A stretch of 64,000 bases of DNA from contig OZ296650.1 in assembly GCA_965655095.1 (NCBI GenBank), positions 122,512,001 through 122,576,000 of the forward strand, written 5' to 3'. Below the pieces are notes generated by a model, which saw only the letters and a list, made by a program, of their open reading frames with translations, made no database searches and was not told where the DNA came from. Below, in pieces: positions 12,790 to 23,200 of the stretch (positions are counted from its first letter, which is position 1; each line of letters opens with the position of its first letter). The stretch comes from Haplodiscus bocki (taxonomy: Eukaryota). A program made the translations under genes and the position numbers.

Positions 12790-13564
12790 AAAGGAAAAAA
12801 CAGGTATTGCAGAAGTTGGAAATCAGTGCCCCAACAACTGAGCTTGACGAAAGTTAACAATACATTGTCTCGCTCCGAAAAACGAGCATTAAGCTGGCAC
12901 CCTGCCTTGCCCTTGAAGCGATACGGCTTCCACCTCGCTAAGTCGGAATTTCGCGACGGTCTCGCGCTGAGGTACGGTTGTGACCCAAAAAACACACTCT
13001 CCTAATTTCCCCGTGGAGAAGCTTCCACAATTACACATTTCCTGCATTGTGAAAATGAAGACTACACCCACATGCGACAGGACGAGGTATAGTTCCAAAA
13101 ATTAACAGAAACGTTTGGCAAGACGTCGAAGTACTGCCAAACTCCAGGTATAAGAAAGGGAATCATTCGATCACAAATCAACATCTACTAAAGATGAAGC
13201 TCGAATCGAATTCCAACCAAGCATCCTCTGGGAGTCCAGCTCTATCAGAACGTAGTTTGACGTCAAAATCTTCGTTCCACTCTCAAAGTCGTGCCCGAAT
13301 GCATACAAGTTTCATGAATCACTGAAAAAGCCGAAATATGAACAAAGAATACTAGATATGGAGAATAGCACCTTGAATCCGCCATTAATGGCAGGCCACT
13401 CTCTATCCAAGATTACATCTGGGGTTGCACAAAAAATCAGCGACAAATGCCAAGATAGCTACTCCGATGCTGAAGGCAACAACCGGACGAAAATTAATCT
13501 TGCTCTTTTACACCGTTCAATACTTTGTATAAGGGTGCCACTCGGTTCGACGACGGAATCTTGA
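12790..13564 (+). mobile_element. 5'-truncated CRE-clade non-LTR retrotransposon (zinc knuckle and restriction-like endonuclease region)
   Basis: LSWHPALPLKRYGFHLAKSEFRDGLALRYG, DEARIE, FDVKIF, YKFHESLKKPKYEQRILDME and INLALLHRSILCIRV match the C-terminal consensus of CRE-type RLE elements. Confidence 0.8.
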
Positions 13565-15134
13565 AAGATCATGAATTTCCTCTGTACCTGAGGAGGAAAG
13601 GTCGTCATATTTCATGTGGACGAGCCTTCAATGGTGATATTTTTTATTTTCAAATAATCGATGTAGTTGAATATGCAAAACGAAGACCTAACTTATAAAC
13701 CCCACATCCACTTGCTGATGTTTTAGATCACCTGGGACCGGTATTGACACTCAAGGAGGCTCTGCGGCTTGCACGGTAGTGACGTCTGTTCCTCGAAATG
13801 CCCATAACTGATCACAGGCTAATTAATGTTTCCACGCATGAAAACGCATCAGTACCACGTACGAAAACGCATCAGTACGAAGGGTCCTCTCAGAAAGAGA
13901 GGAAGAGTTTAATAGTTCAAATTCATCTAACTACTGTTCAATTTAAGACGAACAAAATTGGTTATATAAAAAAATCAAGATTAACTAAACTCATTAAATT
14001 TCAAAATAAAATCATGGTTTGAGGGCTCCAGGCGGAAAGAATTTCAACAACTTATTTTCTCAGATGCTTCTTTACGTCTGAGTGTTTCATTTCTCCAAAG
14101 ATTCGCTCAGTGAAAGGAAGCTATTAAGCACGTGCGTGGGTCTCTTGCTTTGATCTAGTTTAGTATCACATTTGCTGATAATATCATCTATTACTGTGTA
14201 ACTGAGGATATCGCCCAGTTTCTCTGCTCTCCTTTAGATTCTGTCAATCATATTTAATACTGTCTTGCTTGCTGTTTCCCAACCTGGTAGTGCACACTCG
14301 ATTCTATTAACGACCAGGGTCCTGTATACTGATCTTAGATATCTTTCTCAGGCAATCCCACCCCTTTCAGACGGCGTAGACGACAGACATTGCAGGCCAT
14401 TTTCTGGTATGACTTTTTAATGTGTCTGCTAAAAGTAAGTTTTGAGTCAAAAACTTCGCCCGGTAATTTAAGTTCATTGACCTGTTAAAGCGTCTGATTT
14501 TCAAACAGGAGAGGATCGTTTTTTAGTTCGATTGCGTACAAAAACTTTCAATTTTTATTCATTCAGAACACTGTGGCTATGTTCCAATCACTTCTTTCTA
14601 TGGTCTACCGCATTAGTCAAGCTATGTCCTTTTCGTGCTCCCATAACAACGGTTGTTGAATCATGAGCGTATTTTGTCATCAGACATCCAACGATTCCTA
14701 TGAAGATAAGTGCCGACCGATGTTGAACAGGGGTGCGGCACTTACAATGTCTTGAGGGAATACTTGGTTAATGCATGCCCAGTTGATACTTCAAGTCCTT
14801 TCACACTTGTAAAAATTGCTCTTTCAGATAGAAATTCTCTTTATTAATTGATAAGGTATGGGTTGGAAGGCGGTTGTAATTTAATAATATGCCCAACTAT
14901 TATAGAGTATTGCACTCTGGCGACTGTCGAACGCTTTACTCAAGTCAATCGATAGGAGACGCACAAACTCGGCATTATCTCTAACAAACTCAGTCAGAGC
15001 GGTAGTGCTTGACGCAGAGGTTCGAAATCCATGTTGGTTTCGGGGCATCCATTTGTTGTATGTTGGAATCCAAAATTTCCGCGTTATCATCAGTTCCAGG
15101 AATGAAACAATGACAGCGGTTACGGAAAATGGTT

Positions 15135-15497
15135 GATGATCACATGGCGATTCTGGTTTTGCAACCTTTGGAATGGAAGTTATCCTCGCTACTTTCATTT
15201 GTTCAGGTATTTTGCTTTCCTCACGGGAAGAGTGGATGAGTTTCATTATCCATTGGGTAGCTTCATAGCTTCCCCTGAACGAAGAATAGAAAAATATGGT
15301 GAGAATGAAAAGACCGTCCACGGGACCTGATGGCATTCTTTTTTAAGTTTGGCGAGAGAATGCCCACACACTTGCAAAACGAGTAATAAAACTCATCCAC
15401 TCTTCCCGTGAGGAAAGCAAAATACCTGAACAAATGAAAGTAGCGAGGATAACTTCCTTTCCAAAGGTTGCAAAACCAGAATCGCCATGTGATCATC
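15135..15497. repeat. Inverted repeat: 114-bp arms (15135-15248, 15384-15497) with a 135-bp spacer
   Basis: The arms are near-identical reverse complements. ORFs 15133+ and 15263- give almost the same peptide. Confidence 0.93.
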
Positions 15498-15723
15498 GTG
15501 TTTAATTTCCGCCACTAATTTTTTGTTCGTGGTTGATTTCTCGAGATATTTTTGTTGATTTCACTCTGGATGCATCGATGGAGCTCGATATTAACTTTGT
15601 TCCATCACTTGAGTCGATATTTCCGTTGCAGCGGGGTTTTGAAATTTGAGTCATGCAATAGGGGAATTATTGGATAATTTGGCAATTTCCTTGGACAAAT
15701 TTCATCCAATAAAGTTACTATTT

Positions 15724-16269
15724 TTCGCCGTATATGTATTATACAAGAAAAAATATTCATTCAGCAGGGTGGTTTTTTTTCAGACCAAAATTGCCAACTC
15801 TTTTTATTCAAAAATAAATGACAGCAGTAGAGTTAGGAAGGCAACAAGGTTGTCAAGCAGTAGGTACCTACCCCCCCCCCCCTCTTATCCATAAATTTTT
15901 TCGATACTAGAACTTTTGTGAAACACAGAAGGGTTCCCCTACGAAGTTTTTCGGTTCTGTGAGGCAAAACAATTTTGACAGAAAATCTTGATACCCGCCC
16001 CCTCTCTTATCCCTAACATTTTTCGGTACCAGAAATTTTCAGAAACACAGAAGTGTTGCTCGACGAAATTTTTTGGCATTGTGAGACAAAAATTTTTCAA
16101 CGGAAAATCTTGATACCCTTTTGCATGAAGTACAGAAATCAGTGGTCGAATTGATGCTTGTAAAAACTCTTTGAAAACTAATATCAAAACAGTTTTGTTT
16201 TTACCTGTTTGCAAAATCAAAATATTTATAGTTGGGCTAAAAATATGCCGGTGCTAGCCCGCCGTCTTG
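15724..16269 (+). mobile_element. Helentron-like (HINE) insertion carrying a ~125-bp tandem repeat
   Basis: Left end tttcgccgtatat, right end aaatatgccggtgctagcccgccgtcttgtt. Removing it restores the LINE frame FVECLKIVTLLDEICPRK at a T-run with no TSD. Contains two copies of cccctcttatcc...gaaacacagaag...aaaatcttgatacc. Confidence 0.75.
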
Positions 16270-17807
16270 TTAGACATTCCACAAAATAGGATATGCCACA
16301 TTTGGATCATCAAAGAAGTGAAATGATTTTACTGCATCCAATTTCAGGTCGAATTTCTATATAGTACGGCGAGTATCGCGGTATTCCATTTTGCTCCGAA
16401 TGGTTATCTGGTTGCTCGGTGTGTACGTAACACCAAGATGATCAGACTCCAGATAAGTATTGATTGTTATTGCTTCATACACATAACACTTGTTCGTGAA
16501 AATTTTGTCGAGCGCCTATCTTTTCTTGTAGATTGTGATTCTATCGCGTAAAGATCTGTCGCTGTCAGCAGAAGATTTTCCTCAAAACTACCAAAATCAC
16601 CTCCGCTAATGATGGTGCACAACGGATGTCTACTACAACACTCGCCAATTATTTCTGTCAGGTGGGTGCTCAACAAGAATTTCATCTCGGTTTGTTTGTG
16701 GAAGGTAGCAGACACGACCAGCAATAGATTTCCGTTCAGCTTGCTGAAATCTGACCCAACTTTCTTGGCAGATATCGGTAAGTAGCTCACTTCCGGGTTC
16801 GTAGCTTTCGCACTTCAATTTTTTCCGCGAAAATATACAAGTACCTCCTACTCTTGATGTTTCAGTTTCCAGAAAGTTGTTCTGATCACTCCGAAACAGG
16901 TCATACGAGTCAATTGCAATTGATTCAGCAGTTACTCTGCAAGTCAACCAACTCTCCGTAACGAGGCCCAATTGTGCTTTCCGTAAGGTAGAGTCTAAGG
17001 TCAGTCTTGAGGTTGTATCATTCTGTTTCTTGAGTGACCTGGCATTGAGAACAATTGTTGCAATATTTAATGATAGTCAAATTGTAAGCGGTTTGCCTTC
17101 AATGACCAGTGTCAAATTTTTTGTTCTGGAATTTTTAATTTGATCTAGAAAAAAGCGATCAAGAAATGAGATATGACCACCCTATTCTTTCTTCAGTATT
17201 TTAACACAGGGGTATTTCAAAATGTCATTTGCCACGAGAGTTACATACTTTAAGACATACAGATTCAACGTCTGAAGACGAAGAAGCCCTAGCAGAACCA
17301 TTCAACCATTTTCTCAGGCACCAGTTACACCAATTCTCGGCCACCCACCAATAAATTGATAGGCAATTGAGGAAACAACCAATCGATAATTGCTAATTAT
17401 TATTGCAATTAATTGGTATTCAATTATTTACTGGGGCAGGAAGCAACAAAAAGCTACTGACACTTTCCCATACTAAGGAAAAAAACTCAGATCAGTGCAG
17501 AAGGAGCATACATGTCACGCGCTCACTGCGTAAGAGTCTAAAACACTCCATCTTTGTGACAATCAAATTGCCTAGATAAGTGTGTACTGTTAGTTTCTGT
17601 CAATGGATGCTTTTCAGTATGGTTTGTGATCATGATAGAATATTTTACTTTCTGATGATGACATTTTGTGTCGAAAACGTTTAAAGCAGCATTGGCGTAA
17701 AATCTTTCCACTAATGAAAACCAATTAATTTGACACATAACCAATGGGAATTGCTTTAAAACCTTTATCATTTATTAATAGTACAGAATTAAAAAGTGAT
17801 GTATTAC

Positions 17808-18016
17808 CAGGAGGGCTGGATGTGTTTTTATGCAATAGTTCAATGAGTTGGCTCGTCTTGGAGCCCGGGCTTGCACACATATCAAGGACAACATGTTCAG
17901 GTTTCACATCCAGTAAAAGAGGAGGAATTTGGCTCACTAGTTCTTGTCGCACCAAATTACCGCAATCAGCTTCTGACAGAAGAAACAAGTGATAATCTTT
18001 CAAAACTTCGTTACTC
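17808..18016 (-). CDS. NSUN2: NSUN2/Trm4 exon 2 (SAM-binding motif I)
   Basis: RSNEVLKDYHLFLLSEADCGNLVRQELVSQIPPLLLDVKPEHVVLDMCASPGSKTSQLIELLH. Acceptor tttcag|g, donor g|gtaat. Confidence 0.95.
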
Positions 18017-18599
18017 CTGAAATAGGGGAACAAGGCGAAATTATGAAGAAAAATCAAACAAATGCTCATATCGATAACACAATTTACCAAGTACAAGATT
18101 TATTTAACGGAGATTCAATGGAGATCAAATATCCAGAAATATATTTTGTTTATATTTCGCTGTGATATGCTCCACGCAAGGATATTCAAAGACGCTATTC
18201 ATTGAAAATTAACTGCAATAACGTCTGCAAAAATTGATTATATTTATTTTCAATTCAGGAAAATGGTGAAATGAATTCTGCGCACCTCAAACGTTGTTGA
18301 ACATCTATTCTGAGGTACAATGTACTATTTTTCATGCATCTCAAATTTCGTATGTTGTCGTTGAATACCAATAAAATGGGGAATATGATAAAAACAACGA
18401 AGTGTTTGATTTTGAAATATTTTTCCTTCGGATCGAACATTTTAAAATTATTTTTTTCACTGAAAATAAAGTATATTTATATGCCAAGAAAAGTATTAAA
18501 TAGTATTTTTGAACACCCCTAGTTCCAAAGACAAATCGTCATATTATCAGAAAAACCCCAATTGAAAACAAGCGCACAATTGATTCACAATATTCCCAC

Positions 18600-18943
18600 C
18601 TTATTTCAGCTCTGCTGATGTTATGCTGGAAGGACGCTTGCCCAGGATACCACGAAACAGGAAAAGGTTTGGGGAATGTGTCCGGTGACTTATTCACAAA
18701 ATCTGACATCATTCTAGAGACAAGTACGCGAATCTTTTCTTTGTCTCCAACAAATCTGTAAGCGAGAGGCAACTGTTGGCGCAAAATTTCGATGAAGCGG
18801 TTCCAATCTGAATCTTTAACGATTTTCTGACTTTTATAATATTTGACGAAATAACTGTTGTCCTTAACAACTTCTTCCCAAGATTCATTATTTTTGCTGC
18901 TGGCGCTCTTGATCGACGTTCGTTTCTGTTTCATTCGAGAGAT
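18600..18943 (-). CDS. NSUN2: NSUN2/Trm4 exon 1 (first ATG at 18934)
   Basis: EEVVKDNSYFVKYYKSQKIV...WNRFIEILRQQLPLAYRF...WYP...SRAEIR matches the NSUN2 N-terminus. Donor ag|gtggga (phase 2) is compatible with exon 2. A tttttttag acceptor lies 9 nt upstream of the ATG. Confidence 0.92.
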
Positions 18944-19092
18944 CTAAAAAAATGTTGAGTCCAATGCCATCATATGACCTTCTGAATAAAGATATTATCA
19001 TCATGTCCACTCAAAAGCTGGGCAAAAATGGAAATGTGCCAGCGTCTCTTGGAAAATTTGCACTAAAACACTCTTTTAAAAGGACATCTCTG

Positions 19093-19106
19093 GTGTCCAT
19101 GGCAAC
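19093..19106. promoter_or_regulatory. X-box (RFX) like palindrome GTGTCCATGGCAAC
   Basis: 12/14 match to GTTGCCATGGCAAC, about 160 bp upstream of the NSUN2 ATG in a locally more GC-rich stretch. Confidence 0.45.
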
Positions 19107-19833
19107 CTGCGTCCGTTGGGGACGCTACGGAACTCAACCGCAGCCGGGCCTGAATTCCCTATGACTCATAAAAATGCGCCAGTCTGTCAACCACAATTAA
19201 CTCCAGCGTTTTCTGCTCTCCTTCATAGTGCTCATCTCCTAATGGTGAAATCGTGGAAAATGTGAGAAGTTGCCCAATGTCTACATCGGGATCTTGCGAT
19301 TAAATTGGCAACAGTTCCAATCCTTATGAGGCAAAATCATTCAAATGAATGAGCTGGAGGCTCTAGTTGTGGCGGTATTGCGCTGCCGGTCAATGCTGTA
19401 GATTTCGCGATTGAAAGACGAGTGTTAATTATTTGATATAGAAAATTTTCTTTGACAGAAGCAGCACTCGAATTTCCGGGAATAAAGATTGCACAATTGA
19501 CTAATTTGACTTATTTACAAGTTAAAATAAGTTATACACTACATACTGGTGTAACATTTTGATTAATTTATGCTTTTCACAAAAAACCACGGATAATTTA
19601 TCCTGGGTGATGCAATTAAAGTAAAACTTTATCTCTTTTGGAAAAATTGCAATGGAACATGGGTGAAAGTTTCAAAAATGCACTGTCTTTATTTGGAATT
19701 TTATTGATTGGATTCGTATGATGAAAGATTTAAAATGGTACTATAATTGGCAAAAACCACTTAATTTCGTCCTATTGGACAAGATCATTTTTGATGCACT
19801 TTGAACCAACGCAAAAAAGCATGGTTCGGAAAC

Positions 19834-20222
19834 GACATCTAGTTCCAATTATAAGCAGCCTGTGTTTTAACGAGGGGCTCGTTGCTTAAAATTTTGTGTT
19901 ATTGGAACCTCAGAATTCCTTATCAGTTGCTTAATTTTCAATTTTTTCGGGAGCTCCTTTGCACAACTGTCTCAAAACTATTAAAAAGTCAACCAGTGGA
20001 GTCGTGGAGTAATTGGCGAACGCGTTACTTAACGAGAAATGTGTAATTAGAGTTCAATTCTCTTGGCGATGAACCAATCACGTGGCGACTGTAAAGGAAA
20101 TGTAAATATTTAGACGACCAACTTTTTATGAGCCTAGCCTTCGCTTTGAAATTGCTTACGTTTTTTGGAAATTTGAGGCTAAGTTGTTTATAAGCGGTTC
20201 CTCATAGTGGGAACGGGGTGTA
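19834..20222. mobile_element. Possible MITE with degenerate TIRs and an internal tRNA-like A/B box segment
   Basis: gacatctagttccaattataagcagcc matches the reverse complement of the right end (tacaccccgttcccactatgaggaacc) at 18/27. A-box-like tggagtaattgg at 20005 and B-box-like gagttcaattc at 20050. Confidence 0.4.
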
Positions 20223-23200
20223 TTAGAATTTACCCACATTTCTGTACTGGAGAACACAAAACCCAAAAACGACATTCGGTAGCATGTTTATCCTTTAGGG
20301 TGCAGAACGTTCGTGAAAACACACAAAAAAATACATCTAAATTGGGCAGCTTCACGACCAACTAAAAACTTTTTCATGAACAGTCGAACAAAGATTTCTT
20401 GCATTCTGCAAAAAAAAATTCTTTTAATTTCCGTGATCGCCTCGATTTTGGCTCTATCTGAAATGATTGTGATCCGGAACATTCGTTTGATACTACTTTC
20501 GTGGGAAATCAAACCACTTTACTTTTTATCTTCAGTGACCTAAAATAAATATATTCGATCTGAAAATACTTCACAACCAAACAAACCCAAAAATTGATAC
20601 CTGCGATGAAAGCAATGAAGCTGGCAGTGTGAGCCATCCTATTTTCCGTTTCCATCAGTCGAGGATCAGGATCAATTTGGGAACGATCGTCAGGTTCCTG
20701 GATTTTGCTGGTGGTACCCAGGATTGTTCACGGGAGTTTTTCCGATTCTCCCAAAATATGTCGGTTCAGAAAAAACTCGTCAAGTTTCGAAGGCGCACCT
20801 GAAATTTTACGTTCGGTTCGACTAAAATCCTGAGGAATTTTTTGGGCCTCTGGTCCTCCTTTTCCTCAGCAACCGGTATATTTTATCCCTCATCCTGAAA
20901 ACATTTGTGTCCCATGAGTTCTCAGCTCTGGGGTGTCCTTAATGGCTTCCGCAGTTCACCTGAGCTCAATTCTGTTTCTCCATGCCGCAGAATGCTCCGT
21001 TTCTGCTCCGTTTTCGAAATGAGCAGCTCTGAAGACTAAATTTTGTTTTATGCTTTTCAGTACCAGCAAAGGGGGATTTATAAAGAATACAGAAAAGATT
21101 ATCTGCATTTCTGAAACAGCTGTTGCGCTCTTCAGTACTTTCGCAGCAGCAGCTGACCTAAACCTCAAAAAAATTGATTTGTGCCTACGCCTGTCCAAGG
21201 GTTCTCTGAATTAACCACCTAAACAGCAGAGAAGAACAAAATTGTGACATAGGTAGCTCTGAAAAGAAGTCAAGATTTTTAAAAGTTGAGATTTTACAAG
21301 TTTCCAGTTTCTTGTTTGAACAGTCAACACCTGGCCAATAGTCCCAAGTTCGATTAAGTTCTACCGTCAGCGCTCGACCTGGGATAAACGAAAAAAAAAT
21401 CCAATTCATAAGATCTGAATTCTCGCGCCTAATACGATGTCTAATTAAATAGAACATATAACAAACAAAAACTTTCGAAGTTTTAGAGTGATATTGCTTG
21501 AACAACAGTTCGATTGTTGGCTGCCAAAATCCGAAAAAAAAATTGCGTGGGGTCAAAAGACATCATGTGCAATAAAGCGCACGCCATTTGATAAAAACCA
21601 GTAATTTCTGAAGTAAAACTAACTAAACACTGAAGCTATGAAAAAAAGTTTTAAACTAGGTGTTAAAAGGGAAATTTGGCATCCGAACGAGCACATGGGG
21701 TGCGAAAAAAAAACGATTTGCGTGGATGAGGCGTAAACAATGATGTGGAAGTGTTGATTGGGGTACGACACAGGAAATCGTGCCACAAAGTTCATAGTTT
21801 GCTGTTTAAAGAAAACTTTAGAAGCACCAACGATGTCGTTGAAGCTCTGAAAAGTGAAGAATTCATCCGACGGATGGAAAGAAAGACCGGAACTCATCAA
21901 AATATTAGCAAGAGACCCAATTCTCGAAACAGAGCCGTTTCGTCTTTTTTCCGATTTAACGTCCCGGAATCGAAACAAGTGTTGGTCAATCTAAGAACAA
22001 CAATATTTAGCACCAGTGCCCACAGAATTGTTCAAAACACAAAAAATGACCCCGAAATTAGGCAGACTGACGATCACTAAAGGTGCAGAAGGAAAACTAA
22101 TTTTTTCGAAAGTTTTCAGCTGCTGAAAGAGCTAAAACTCATCGTGCTGAATTTTCTAAATGCAACGCTTCCGATTCCTTTATACAGTGAACAATCACAC
22201 AATCAAGACCGCTTTACTAATTTCGAAAAATTTCGAAGGTTTGGTGTTACCGGAGTCGCTGGCGCCAACCTTGGCGGCATTTATTTCATCTCGGAAGTAC
22301 TCAATGAAAACTAGCGCCAGCTTCAATGCGTGGCCTCCTCGAAGCCCACCTGACGCCGTGATTGATGCTGAATGGACGATGTCATCAGCTCCATTGAAAA
22401 TGTTGTTAACTCGGGCTGTCTCGTACTCCTGCCAGCGAACTGACTCGTCGACCAGCTACACTAAATATCCAACTTCCAAAACGTGTTCTTCATCCTATGC
22501 AGACTGTGGTCGCATATTCTTCTTCAGTAGACGTTTTTTTGCCATTTGTTGCCGATCTACTGATTGTATTTTTCAGCCAATTTATATATCTTTCGGATGT
22601 CCACATACTTTACCGAATTCAGTATCAACGGTTCAGCTACAAAAACTCGTCCCAAAAGATAAAATTTCAGTGTCGCTGCATCTACATCTATGGCATCGTC
22701 AATTGCAAGCAACTTTGTCTGGATTTCAAAGTTTGCCCAAACAGTTGTTTTGCGTCATCAACAGTGGCAATGTTTGACGTCGAAATCCAAAAATAACATC
22801 TATCCAAGGGTATGAACTTCACTTCATCCTAAGTTGCACATTTTCTCAAAACTTCGCCACCTGTTCAACAACAGTTGTTTCATCCCACTGTTGTGCAATT
22901 TTGAGCCTAATTGTTTTGAATAAGGTGCAAGTTCTCATATGCAAAGAAACCGAAAGGATGAAAAAGTGTTGACACAAATGAAATCACAGATCGGAGAGAG
23001 AACTTGTTGGGCAAATCGTGGACAGCGCCTCAACAAACGTCGAGTGCATACTTCGTCATATTCCAGTGAATGACGTGGGGTGCTGAATTTTTAGTCTCTG
23101 CTCATCATTACAGTCTCTGAAACAGTAAATAGGCTGTAGCCACTATGAACATACCGAGAATCGCCACTCTTTCAGCAAGAATTGTTTCCAAATTATCTCA

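Larger units (their letters stand above)
14040..17075 (-). mobile_element. L2/CR1-like LINE ORF2 (APE endonuclease + RT), decayed and interrupted
   Basis: Endonuclease motifs LNARSL, VTESWL, GGTCIF, GGDF and ESDH; RT motifs NQHGFR, IDLSKAFDS and a PQ-like region. Interrupted by an inverted duplication and a HINE-like insert. Confidence 0.85.

Noticed and set aside
17200-17250. LVAND peptide just downstream of NSUN2 exon 2
   Set aside because: Wrong splice phase and no following R..L.H motif. The real exon 3 is at 2892-3047.
20920-20942. ggggtgtccTTAA resembling a Kolobok/piggyBac end
   Set aside because: No matching partner end was found in the window.
22160-22777. 205-aa plus-strand ORF
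   Set aside because: Ser/Thr-rich composition typical of an antisense shadow; the minus strand is more protein-like.
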